In this document: positions 9,787-18,556 of the stretch, piece after piece
Layout: each line of letters begins with the position of its first letter
Numbering within the stretch: position 1 is the first letter of the stretch
Assembly (NCBI GenBank): GCA_045561055.1
Contig: JBJKYL010000010.1
Span: 198,681-262,680 of the forward strand
Length of the DNA: 64,000 bases
Direction: 5' to 3'
From: Candidatus Rariloculaceae bacterium
GTDB lineage: Bacteria > Pseudomonadota > Gammaproteobacteria > Steroidobacterales > Rariloculaceae
Notes under the pieces: generated by a model
The model's input: only the letters and a program-made list of their open reading frames with translations
Database searches by the model: none
Told to the model about the DNA's origin: nothing
Program-made: the position numbers and the translations under genes

Positions 9787-10719
9787 TCAGGTTTGTTCGG
9801 CCGGACTGAGATGCTCGATATTGTTGACAACGAGCGTACCCATTCCCTCATTTGTGAAAATCTCTAGCAACAGACTGTCGGGCAATTCGCTAGAAATAAC
9901 GTGGACGCGCGGTACGCCACTCGTCAGCGCTTTTTCGATTGCAGCAGCTTTCGGTAGCATACCGTCCGCGATTCGACCCTCGGCACGAAGTTTAGCCAAC
10001 CCGGCGATATCTATATATGAGATCAACGATCGCGTGTCGTCGCGGGATTCGAGTATGCCCGGTGCGGAAGTTGCGAGTATTAGTTTCTCGGCACCCAGGG
10101 CTGAGGCTACCGCAGCCGCTACGGTATCTGCGTTGATGTTTAGTAGCGTACCGTTCTCGTCGACCGCCATCGGGCTGATAATTGGGACGACGCTATTTGC
10201 AATGTGTCCAAGCAGGATCCCTGCGTCGATCGCATCGATGTTGCCTACGAAACCGTAATCTATGGTTTCGCCATTCGGTCCTGCTCCATCGGTGGGTGGA
10301 CGCTTATGTGCCTTTATGACGCGTGCTTCGCTACCCGCTATGCCAACCGTCGGGACACCCAGATCAGCGAACGCGGCTTGGATCATCGGGTTTATCTGCT
10401 CATTCAAGACCTTTGCCATGACCGCTAAAGTTTCACCGTTTGTAACGCGGCGTCCGTCGATTATCTTTAGCGGGATATTCTTTTCTTTCGCGAGTTTTGT
10501 CGATTGTGGACCGCCGCCGTGAACAACGACGACGTTAATTCCGACTTCGTGGAGAATGCTTATTTGCTCGACAATCGCTTTAGTTGTCGTAGGTGATAGA
10601 AATGCTTCACCGCCGGCCTTCAATACAAATACCTTACGTTTGAACATCCGAATATACGGCGCCGCATGCTTCAGCGCCGTTACAACGATTGTTCGCTCAT
10701 TGTGGCTCAGGTGTGTCAC
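9787..10719 (-). CDS. argB: acetylglutamate kinase
   Basis: The 310-aa amino-acid kinase fold has the blocks VLKAGGEA, VVVHGGGPQ and NINADTVAAAVA. It lies in the arg operon. Confidence 0.9.
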   Translation of the reverse strand: MTHLSHNERTIVVTALKHAAPYIRMFKRKVFVLKAGGEAFLSPTTTKAIVEQISILHEVGINVVVVHGGGPQSTKLAKEKNIPLKIIDGRRVTNGETLAVMAKVLNEQINPMIQAAFADLGVPTVGIAGSEARVIKAHKRPPTDGAGPNGETIDYGFVGNIDAIDAGILLGHIANSVVPIISPMAVDENGTLLNINADTVAAAVASALGAEKLILATSAPGILESRDDTRSLISYIDIAGLAKLRAEGRIADGMLPKAAAIEKALTSGVPRVHVISSELPDSLLLEIFTNEGMGTLVVNNIEHLSPAEQT

Positions 10720-10723
10720 GTCG

Positions 10724-11725
10724 TTAATCCTTCATCATTTGGTGAAGCACGGCCATCTGCGCAAGCATTCGATTACGAGCTTCCGGTAATACGATGCTTC
10801 GCGGGCTGTCGAGCACCCGATCCGTGACCACGACACCGCGACGCACTGGCAGACAATGCATGAATCGGCAGTTCTTTTGTGCATTATCAAACCATGAGTC
10901 GTCTACGCACCAATCAATCAGTTTCTCGCGCTTTGCTTCGTCTGCGGGCCAATCACCATAGTGCTCTGTGGAAGACCAGGATTTAGCGTAGATAATGTGA
11001 GCGCCTTGTGTTGCTTCATCCCGGTCACCAGTGGTTGTGACGCTACCGCCAGACACTTGTGCGACGGCGCTAGCTTTCTCCAGTATGGCATCGGGGAGAT
11101 TGAATCCGGGGGGATTCAGTACTACGACATCCATTCCGCGATGCGCGGCCATCTGCAGTGTTGACGAGGGCACAGCCAGTGGTAAGGCTCGCGGATGATA
11201 CGCCCACGTGATGACGAAGCGCCCGCCTTCTGCAGGAATGTCGAAGTCGTTCATCGTCTTCCAGTCGGCTAGATTTTGACAGGGATGTTGGATAGCAGAT
11301 TCCATATTGATGAGTGGTACGTCGATGAGCGACGCCATACCCTCGAATTCTTTATCAGCAAGGTCGTCGTCTAGGTTGCGTCGCTCCGCGAAAGCTCGAA
11401 TCCCTATTGCATCGCCATACGAAGCGATGACTGGAATGGCTTCACGAATGTGCTCTGCGGCGGCACCGTCCATAACAATACCGGGCCGAGTTTCAAGGCC
11501 ATGAATAGACATATCTGGAGAGATGACGAACGATCCGCCTCCGAGCCGGCCCATTGCTGCTTGGAACGAAGCCAGCGTTCGGAGCGATGGGCTTAAGAAC
11601 AATAGCGATAGAACCTTTCCCTCAAGAGCGCGTGGCTCTGGGCGCTGCTCTAGGCGCTTAGCCAGGCCGAGAAGCTCATCGATTTCCTCAGTAGAAAAGT
11701 CGACCAGATTATTAAAGCGATTCAT
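10724..11725 (-). CDS. argF': N-acyl-L-ornithine carbamoyltransferase (AOTCase/SOTCase-type ArgF')
   Basis: The 333-aa transcarbamylase fold has SPSLRT, HPCQ and HCLP motifs. It lacks the ornithine-binding DxxxSMG loop of canonical OTCase and has YAKSWSS instead. That loss is the hallmark of the acetyl/succinyl-ornithine transcarbamylases described in Xanthomonas and Bacteroides. Confidence 0.8.
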   Translation of the reverse strand: MNRFNNLVDFSTEEIDELLGLAKRLEQRPEPRALEGKVLSLLFLSPSLRTLASFQAAMGRLGGGSFVISPDMSIHGLETRPGIVMDGAAAEHIREAIPVIASYGDAIGIRAFAERRNLDDDLADKEFEGMASLIDVPLINMESAIQHPCQNLADWKTMNDFDIPAEGGRFVITWAYHPRALPLAVPSSTLQMAAHRGMDVVVLNPPGFNLPDAILEKASAVAQVSGGSVTTTGDRDEATQGAHIIYAKSWSSTEHYGDWPADEAKREKLIDWCVDDSWFDNAQKNCRFMHCLPVRRGVVVTDRVLDSPRSIVLPEARNRMLAQMAVLHQMMKD

Positions 11726-12866
11726 CAGTTAGTTCCTCTAGAGCTTGTGCTAGCTGTTTTACATGGGAGGGTTGTAATATCAATGGGGGTAGTAATCGCA
11801 GCACATGGGGGTCGCTGCTCGTCCCCACGAGAATATCGTGGTTTAGAAGTGAGTTGCGCACACTAGCCGCCAGCGCGGTGGTCCTTAGACCCAGAAGAAA
11901 TCCTACCCCTTGGATGCCTGTAACGGGGCCGCAGACGCAGGTTTTGCGAATGAGTGCGGACACCTCTGTGACGTTTGCAAGTAGGTCTTCTGCTTTTATC
12001 GCGTCGAGTACGGCGATAATTGCAGCGCAAGCTAGCGGTCCGCCTCCGAACGTTGTACCGAGTGCTCCTGGACCGAGGTCCCTCGCCATATCGTTACGCA
12101 TGAGCACTGCGCCGCAAGGAAAGCCGCTACCTAAAGATTTGGCTGTTGTGATGAGGTCCGGACTGACGCCGAAGTAATCGGCTCCGAAAGGTGTCCCTAG
12201 CCGACCGACTCCGGTTTGTACTTCATCAAGGATTAATAGTGCGCTATTGGCGTCACAAACTGCCCGCGCGGATGTTATGAATGATTGTTCGAAATCGAAT
12301 GCTCCGGCAATGCCCTGAACAGGCTCTATGATGACGGCCGCAGTTTCTTGGTCGACCGCCTTTGATAACGCTACCGAGTCGTTTCGAGGCACGAAGGTGA
12401 CGTCCATCGGTATGTTCGGGAAGCCATACCATCGATCACGTGATCCCCAGGTCACAGCGCCAGCCGCCGCTGTACGGCCATGGAAACCTTTTTCCATAGC
12501 AACAACCTTGTTACGGCCGGTGGTCTGTAAAGCTAGACGTAACGCGTTCTCATTCGCTTCGGCGCCGCTGTTGACGAAGAATACGCGGTTGAGTCCATCG
12601 GGTGCGAATTCCGCTAGTTTGTCGGCAGCCTCGTCTCTTACTGATATGTTGACGGCGTTACTCTGGAAAAACAATTGCTGGGCCTGCTTATGCAGCGCCT
12701 CGGTCAACCGTGGGTGCCCATAACCCAAGCTAGCTACAGCGTGTCCACCGTAAAGATCGAGGACACGACGTTGATTTACATCCTTGAGATATACGCCTTG
12801 GCCGCTATCCGGTTTGTAGGGCAGCATCGGATACACCTCGTCCAAGTGGGCGGACTGCTTAGTCAT
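11712..12866 (-). CDS. argD: class III aminotransferase (acetyl/succinyl-ornithine aminotransferase)
   Basis: Motifs are GGHAVASLGYGHP, VNSGAEANE, LILDEVQTGVGR and the PLP-lysine TTAKSLG. I place the start at ATG 12866 (MTKQSAH...), which forms a TAATG overlap with the argC stop. The tracked ORF start at 12935 would run 70 nt into argC. Confidence 0.82.
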   Translation of the reverse strand: MTKQSAHLDEVYPMLPYKPDSGQGVYLKDVNQRRVLDLYGGHAVASLGYGHPRLTEALHKQAQQLFFQSNAVNISVRDEAADKLAEFAPDGLNRVFFVNSGAEANENALRLALQTTGRNKVVAMEKGFHGRTAAAGAVTWGSRDRWYGFPNIPMDVTFVPRNDSVALSKAVDQETAAVIIEPVQGIAGAFDFEQSFITSARAVCDANSALLILDEVQTGVGRLGTPFGADYFGVSPDLITTAKSLGSGFPCGAVLMRNDMARDLGPGALGTTFGGGPLACAAIIAVLDAIKAEDLLANVTEVSALIRKTCVCGPVTGIQGVGFLLGLRTTALAASVRNSLLNHDILVGTSSDPHVLRLLPPLILQPSHVKQLAQALEELTDESL

Positions 12867-13927
12867 TAGATCCACCCCGCGGGAGCAACTATGAGACCTT
12901 CTGTTTCGGGCCACTTGAGCAGGCGATTGACCCACTGAATCGCTCCGCCGGCAGCACCTTTGACCAGATTATCGAGCACACAACAGACGACGATGCTATC
13001 GGTATCAACGTTTACGCTTAAGATTGCATTGTTTGTTCCGACAATATCTTTGAGGCGCGGCGGTGCGTTAGCTACCGATACGAATGCCGAGTCGGCATAG
13101 AATTTTGTTAACGTGTCGTGTGCTTGGTCTTCGGTTACATCGGTGGCACGGGGTGCGAATATTGTTGCGTAGATGCCACGTGCGAACGGTCCGGATTGAG
13201 GCATGAAGTGCAGTTGTGCTTCCTTACCCGTCGCGTTGTGTACAAGTGTTTTTACTTCAGGCTGATGCCGGTGGCTAAGAGGTTTGTAGGCGAAGACATT
13301 ACTCTGGCGTAGTGGATGATGGGTTGTTTCTCGAGGAGTTCGTCCCGCGCCGGTACTGCCGGTCACAGCGCTAACGAAAAACCGCGGCTCGGAGAGATTG
13401 TTGGCGACTAATGGCACGATGCCGAGCAACATTGCCGTTGCGAAACAGCCGGGTTGGGCTGCGTGTGGTGTGTCGATATTTTTAAGATGTTCAGGGACAG
13501 CACAACTAAAGCTAGATAATCGTTGTGGAGCTTGGTGCGGTTGTTCGTAGATTGTTTCGAAACTTGACGCATCCGCATAACGAAAATCAGCTGAGGCGTC
13601 GACGACCGTTGCCCGCACGTCCGAAGCTTCGGCGGCAACCAGCAGGCTGTCCACTAGGTTAGCTGACGCGCCGTGCGGTGCAGCTGAGATTATCACCCAT
13701 TGCTTTGATGCTCCGAGTTGATCGGTTATGTCATCAGCGGAAACGAAGACATCGTCCGGATAAACTGTGGCGAGATGCCCAAAACTCGCCGCAATTGGTT
13801 CGCCAGCCTTACTAGTTGAGACTGCGGCACCAAGGTTTAATCGCGGGTGTGTTGCAATTAGGCGGAGTAGTTCGCCGGCGACATAGCCGGACCCACCTAG
13901 TACGATTACGGGTATCGAATCTTTCAT
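12866..13927 (-). CDS. argC: N-acetyl-gamma-glutamyl-phosphate reductase
   Basis: The ORF is 353 aa with an N-terminal Rossmann motif VLGGSGYVAGELLRL and a catalytic Cys context QPGCFATA. It lies in the arg operon and shares an ATGA overlap with the upstream gene. Confidence 0.88.
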   Translation of the reverse strand: MKDSIPVIVLGGSGYVAGELLRLIATHPRLNLGAAVSTSKAGEPIAASFGHLATVYPDDVFVSADDITDQLGASKQWVIISAAPHGASANLVDSLLVAAEASDVRATVVDASADFRYADASSFETIYEQPHQAPQRLSSFSCAVPEHLKNIDTPHAAQPGCFATAMLLGIVPLVANNLSEPRFFVSAVTGSTGAGRTPRETTHHPLRQSNVFAYKPLSHRHQPEVKTLVHNATGKEAQLHFMPQSGPFARGIYATIFAPRATDVTEDQAHDTLTKFYADSAFVSVANAPPRLKDIVGTNNAILSVNVDTDSIVVCCVLDNLVKGAAGGAIQWVNRLLKWPETEGLIVAPAGWI

Positions 13928-14997
13928 GTTGGTGCCCCCGTTTCTGCACCGGCAGTTTTTAGCCCTTCCAAAATGAGATCGCCCAGATCTGCACCGTGTG
14001 TGATCGCATTCAGTGCGGGGACCTTCGAACGCCGCTCGATAATTTCGAGCCCCACGTCATTATCGGTCGCCGGCCCGGTCACCACAGTTGGTTCTATCTC
14101 GAAGTTGTCGCGGAGTAATTTCACTCCCCCCCAAGCGCCGACCGGATCGTTGGCGCAAAGCACAACCGCAGTCAAAGCTTTGCGTATGTCCTCGTCATGA
14201 AGAATTGCTTCGACGCCATATGCGCCAAGCAGTCCGTCACCGAGTTCAAAGACGATGACATCAGGCCGCTCTGCTGTAAGGCTATGTAGTAGTTTGCGGG
14301 TGAGGTCTGGAGCGTTATCTGATGTTGTCGCAACGATACCGTGATCGGAGAAGATGCGGGTATGTCGTGCGCCGGCATCTTCCATTGCCAAAATGTCTCG
14401 TCGCAGTGCGACGCCCGTACTCTTAAACGCATCGACTGTGAGTCCGGTATGGCGAAAGCGACTGATGATAGTGCTCGCCGCAACGGTTTTACCGGAATCC
14501 ATACAGGTTCCTGCGATGGCGACGACTGGGACCTCGCCGATTTCTAAAGGCGATTTATCTATTTTTTCCTGCATACCAATACGTGCGGGAATACCGATAC
14601 GTTCCCCAAGATAAGGGAAATTTAGTACTACACCGAGTACACGACAGTCGAAAGGCTGACCGTGATTAGGGTTAATCGAGTCACAGACACCCATTACGCC
14701 ACCGAGATTCAAAATCTGAATGACGTCGCCTTCGTCGAGCTTTTTGGGTATATGCCCGGAGTAACCGAATAGTGCCTTACGATGCCCCAGTGCACCGACG
14801 ACAATGTCGCCGCGTTTCACCTGTGCCATTCGGCCGCTAGTTAATTCGAGCGTGTTATACCGTGACTTGTTGTTCAGAACTTCCGCTGCTAAGAGCACGC
14901 CTTCCTCACAAGGTATGTCAGGGCTGATTCGGATTTCCCGTCCGATATCGTTGCCAAGCGCAACAGATGAAATTTTGTCTACGATGAGTGAGCGCAT
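13924..14997 (-). CDS. uncharacterised P-loop-like protein (BioD/DUF1611-type GT-x4-GKT motif) embedded in the arg operon
   Basis: The ORF is 357 aa from ATG 14997 (MRSLIVDK...), one base after the argG TGA. It has the motif AIAGTCMDSGKTVAAS. It also has a downstream block VFELGDGLLGAYGVEAIL...AVVLCAN, reminiscent of the DUF1611 C-terminal domain as I remember it. Both ends are translationally coupled to neighbours. Function is unknown. Confidence 0.6.
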   Translation of the reverse strand: MRSLIVDKISSVALGNDIGREIRISPDIPCEEGVLLAAEVLNNKSRYNTLELTSGRMAQVKRGDIVVGALGHRKALFGYSGHIPKKLDEGDVIQILNLGGVMGVCDSINPNHGQPFDCRVLGVVLNFPYLGERIGIPARIGMQEKIDKSPLEIGEVPVVAIAGTCMDSGKTVAASTIISRFRHTGLTVDAFKSTGVALRRDILAMEDAGARHTRIFSDHGIVATTSDNAPDLTRKLLHSLTAERPDVIVFELGDGLLGAYGVEAILHDEDIRKALTAVVLCANDPVGAWGGVKLLRDNFEIEPTVVTGPATDNDVGLEIIERRSKVPALNAITHGADLGDLILEGLKTAGAETGAPT

Positions 14998-14998
14998 C

Positions 14999-16207
14999 TC
15001 ATTCACCTTTAGCGCGTGTATACAGCATGCCAGGCAGTGAGAGAATTCGTGAGAAGCCGACCGCATCGCTAGGCAACCACTCTCCTGTCACTTCGCCATA
15101 TTTGCCCTCACTCGCAGCCATTAGCGAATGTGGTGATTCGACGCCGAGGGCAAACACGCTACCAGCACGCAGGAGGCAACGCACGGAGCCCGTGACCCTT
15201 TCCTGAGATGACATAAGTAGCGCCTCTATGTCTCGGCATGCAGGATCCAGCTGCTTTCCTTCATGGACTAGATCACCGTAGGTTAGACTGAGTTGTTCTT
15301 TCACACGTTGCTGTAGAGCGCTCAGTGTGAGTTTCTCGAGTTCACGGTGGCAAGTTAGAAGGATGTCTGCTGCCGGTGCTTCAAAGGCTACACGACCCTT
15401 CGTACCTAGAATCGTGTCACCGAGATGGATGCCACGACCGATACCAAACTTGCTACCATGTTGTTCGAGTTGCTCAATCAATGCGACAGGAGTCAGTAGG
15501 TCGCCGTTAAGTGCAATGGGTACACCTTTAGAGAATTCGATAGTTAATTCCTCATCGGACGCCGGTGATTCGAATGCTCCTGTGCTCAATACCCAGGCGG
15601 ATTCGGGTATGGACGCGAGCGAGTCGAGTGTTTCCGTCCCACCGATTGTGACGCCCCAGAGCCCACGGTTGATCGAATAGGCCGAGCCTTGCGCGGGTTC
15701 GGGTAGGCCCCTGTCTGCAAGGTAAGAGAGCTGATCCTCCCTCGCCCAAGAGTGATCTCGCACAGGCGCTAACACTTCGAGCTCTGGCGCTAGCGTTTTC
15801 AGGATGATCTCGAACCGTACTTGGTCGTTACCTGCTGCGGTACAGCCATGGGCGATGGTATTTGCTCCGGTCCTGGTGGCGAGGTCGGCAAGATAACGGG
15901 CTTGGATTCCGCGTTCTGCGCCGACACACAATGGATAAAGCTGTCCGCGGCGAATGTTCCCCATGATCAGGAATTTCAGCACCTGATCAAAAAATTCATC
16001 ACGTGCCTCGACAAGTATGTGGTCGGTCGCCCCTAGTAGCTTAGCTCGCTCCGCGAGTGATTTGGTTGCCTTTATATCGAGCCCTCCTGTATTAACAGTA
16101 GCTGTTATCACCGGACGGCCATAGGTCTCCTCTAGCCATGGTACGCAGAAGGACGTATCGAGGCCGCCAGAGAAGGCTAGAATGATGGGATTGGTATTGC
16201 TGCTCAT
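14999..16207 (-). CDS. argG: argininosuccinate synthase
   Basis: The ORF is 402 aa with the N-type ATP pyrophosphatase motif AFSGGLDTS. It also has the HGCTAAGNDQVRFE block typical of ArgG. Confidence 0.95.
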   Translation of the reverse strand: MSSNTNPIILAFSGGLDTSFCVPWLEETYGRPVITATVNTGGLDIKATKSLAERAKLLGATDHILVEARDEFFDQVLKFLIMGNIRRGQLYPLCVGAERGIQARYLADLATRTGANTIAHGCTAAGNDQVRFEIILKTLAPELEVLAPVRDHSWAREDQLSYLADRGLPEPAQGSAYSINRGLWGVTIGGTETLDSLASIPESAWVLSTGAFESPASDEELTIEFSKGVPIALNGDLLTPVALIEQLEQHGSKFGIGRGIHLGDTILGTKGRVAFEAPAADILLTCHRELEKLTLSALQQRVKEQLSLTYGDLVHEGKQLDPACRDIEALLMSSQERVTGSVRCLLRAGSVFALGVESPHSLMAASEGKYGEVTGEWLPSDAVGFSRILSLPGMLYTRAKGE

Positions 16208-16701
16208 GAGGTGGTTTTCCCCCAGTTTTGTCGTAATCGCGAAGTTAGTCGTCGCAGGTGAGCTGGACCAGTCGTCGCGATAAATATTGTGTCATCACCA
16301 GAGAGTGTGCCGACGATCTCGGGCAGTTTGCTACGGTCTAGCGTCAAAGCAACGCGCTGTGCGGCGCCGATAGCCGTCGTTATCACGAGCATGTTCGGGC
16401 CCGCCGGGTTAACGTTGCGAACGAAATCCACCACGTTTTTAAGCTGCCGCTCGTTGTCGCCGTTTAGGTGTTCGGGCAAGCTGTAGCCGGAGTTAAGCTT
16501 CGCGGCGCCCATGTCTTTGAGATCGCGACTGACGCTAGACTGTGTCGCATGATAGCCATCGGAACGGAGTAATTTCACGAGCTCCGTTTGCCGTACGATG
16601 GTATTACTCTTCAATAACTGCGCGATAGCGCGCCGACGAGCTTGTTGTGGGGTGGCGGCATTGGGCATGATCAGAAAGCCTTTATGCATAAAGTTGCGCA
16701 T
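16204..16701 (-). CDS. argR: arginine repressor ArgR
   Basis: It has a winged-helix N-domain (QTELVKLLRSDGYHATQSSVSRDLKDMG) and a C-terminal oligomerisation/arginine-binding block (GTLSGDDTIFI). The start is uncertain: ATG at 16701, 16689 or 16668. It shares an ATGA overlap with argG. Confidence 0.85.
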   Translation of the reverse strand: MRNFMHKGFLIMPNAATPQQARRRAIAQLLKSNTIVRQTELVKLLRSDGYHATQSSVSRDLKDMGAAKLNSGYSLPEHLNGDNERQLKNVVDFVRNVNPAGPNMLVITTAIGAAQRVALTLDRSKLPEIVGTLSGDDTIFIATTGPAHLRRLTSRLRQNWGKTTS

Positions 16702-16729
16702 ATAATAATTAATATGCGAATATATTGCA
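16683..16729. promoter_or_regulatory. AT-rich imperfect palindromes, possible ARG-box-like operator / divergent promoter region
   Basis: The elements TATGCATAAAGTTGCGCATA (16683-16702) and TATGCGAATATATTGCA (16713-16729) lie at the 5' end of argR. They only loosely resemble the TGAAT-W4-ATTCA ARG box. Confidence 0.25.
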
Positions 16730-17420
16730 AGGATTTGATGAACACATGGAAAATCAGTTGGTAGATTCTCTCGAAACAGTAGAAATTACGAGTGGCGATT
16801 CACCAGTAGCAAGCGTGATTTGGCTACATGGTCTCGGTGCGGATGGGAATGATTTTGCTTCTATAGTGCCGCAACTCGATCTGCCGGTTCAGATACGGTT
16901 TATTTTTCCACACGCCCCCGTACGTCCGATTACTGTGAACATGGGTGTCCGTATGCGCGCGTGGTACGACATCCTTTCTATCGAACGGACCGATTCGGAA
17001 GATGGTGACGGTATTTGCACTAGCGCCTTGGCGGTAGGCGCCCTAATAGAAAAAGAGATCGATCGAGGTATTACTAGTGAGAAAATTATACTCGCTGGGT
17101 TTTCACAGGGCGGGGCCATCGCGTTGCATACAGCGCTTCGTTACCCGCACCGTTTGGCGGGAGTTCTCGCTCTATCTACCTATCTACCACTCAGGCGGAC
17201 GCTCGCTGCCGAAAGAAGTGCTATGAATGTGTCTATCCCAATATTCATGGCACATGGGATTTATGATCCGGTTATACCAAAGTCGAGGGCTTTGAAAGCG
17301 AAAGAAATTCTTCTAAAGCATGGTTATGACGTTGCGTGGCACAGTTATCCAATGGATCATTCCGTCTGCGTTGATGAGATTGCCGACATCAGTAGCTGGT
17401 TAACGGCTAGCCTATCCTGA
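16725..17420 (+). CDS. carboxylesterase / phospholipase family alpha/beta hydrolase (Abhydrolase_2-like)
   Basis: It has the WLHGLGADG block, the nucleophile elbow GFSQGGAIA and a late catalytic-His context. The tracked start is TTG 16725. ATG 16746 (MENQLVD...) is the more likely start. Confidence 0.85.
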   Translation: MQGFDEHMENQLVDSLETVEITSGDSPVASVIWLHGLGADGNDFASIVPQLDLPVQIRFIFPHAPVRPITVNMGVRMRAWYDILSIERTDSEDGDGICTSALAVGALIEKEIDRGITSEKIILAGFSQGGAIALHTALRYPHRLAGVLALSTYLPLRRTLAAERSAMNVSIPIFMAHGIYDPVIPKSRALKAKEILLKHGYDVAWHSYPMDHSVCVDEIADISSWLTASLS

Positions 17421-18153
17421 AGCATTCCATGCTCTCGCCGCTAGAAATACCGTTTGCAGCAAAGCGGCGCTCGATGAATTGCAGTTCTCCGTCTCGTGAC
17501 AGTAGTATAACGGTTGAGCAGCGAGTCCCATACCGAACGTCTTTTACAAAGACCATCGACCGAAGCTTCGCTGCGCGGTCAGCGCCCTCTGGCAAATAGC
17601 CATGGAGTGATTGGTTCCTAAGCATTTTGAACAAACATTCTGCTAGCTCGTCGTTCTCGGCGCAGTCGAGAAGCCGACTTTCAGCATAGTGGACTTTCGG
17701 CCACGCTGCCCCGAGGCGAGCGTTACTAAGCGCATATACACTATTTGTTGATAATTTTTTCTTTGACGCACGGTTACTGGCGTAGTGCAGCTCTTGTCCG
17801 TCGAATAAGACGAGATTGAAGGGCCCATAGTCAGCCAAATTGGATTGGAGTGCCGCCACATAGTCTGCCGCACTTATCGAATCTCTGAGAAAATTTTCCA
17901 CAAGTTTGCCGCGCGACCGTGAATACTCAGCAGCGATCTGGTCCCGAAAGTTGGTTACCGCGGCTATACGCCCTCTTCTATCCACGGCGAGCCAGCTACC
18001 GCCGGCAACGAGATCACGACCACCAAAGACATCGCAATGGTCTTCCCACCATCCTGCCGGCGCTGACGCGCGCGAATGAAACTCGTCTCGATTGGCGGCG
18101 AACACGAATGGGTAGCGGCCCGATTCCCGCAGAGAGAATGCAGCAAGACACAT
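17407..18153 (-). CDS. NRDE-family protein (TANGO2/DUF833-like)
   Basis: The ORF is 248 aa and its N-terminus MCLAAF...FVFAANRDEF contains the family-defining Cys2 and NRDE motif. Confidence 0.8.
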   Translation of the reverse strand: MCLAAFSLRESGRYPFVFAANRDEFHSRASAPAGWWEDHCDVFGGRDLVAGGSWLAVDRRGRIAAVTNFRDQIAAEYSRSRGKLVENFLRDSISAADYVAALQSNLADYGPFNLVLFDGQELHYASNRASKKKLSTNSVYALSNARLGAAWPKVHYAESRLLDCAENDELAECLFKMLRNQSLHGYLPEGADRAAKLRSMVFVKDVRYGTRCSTVILLSRDGELQFIERRFAANGISSGESMECFRIG

Positions 18154-18556
18154 CAGCTTTAGACCATAGTCTCGGCGTAGTAATATACCGGTAGGCGATA
18201 ATTTAGGCTGAGATAGGCCGGACAGTCGTTAAGTGGAAGCGCTAGCATATTATGGACATAGCTGATTGAGTACCCTTTGCAAAGCATAATTTCCAGTTCT
18301 TAACCTCACAGAATCCCCAGTAAAAGACCCTGTTCCCACTAGTGAGATAGAGCCCGGGCTGGGCGTTACGAGCAGACACGTCTCGTTACATTTGTAGAAT
18401 GAATACCTAAGATATACATTGCTTGGCAATAAAAGACTAGATGAATTATAGGTACCGATCTATTGTAGTCGCCTTATCGTCTCGACACAGTGGTACTTGA
18501 AACAGTTTATATAGAGCTTGCGGATTTGGTTGCCGCTCAATCTAAGGATCTGATCG

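Noticed and set aside
12867-12935. N-terminal extensions of tracked ORFs: argD to 12935, gene X to 15066, P4 to 42185, AKR to 43107, small membrane protein to 41101
   Set aside because: Each extension would overlap the upstream gene by 38-77 nt and adds non-homologous residues. Internal ATGs give classic ATGA/TAATG coupling or good Shine-Dalgarno spacing and restore proper signal peptides.
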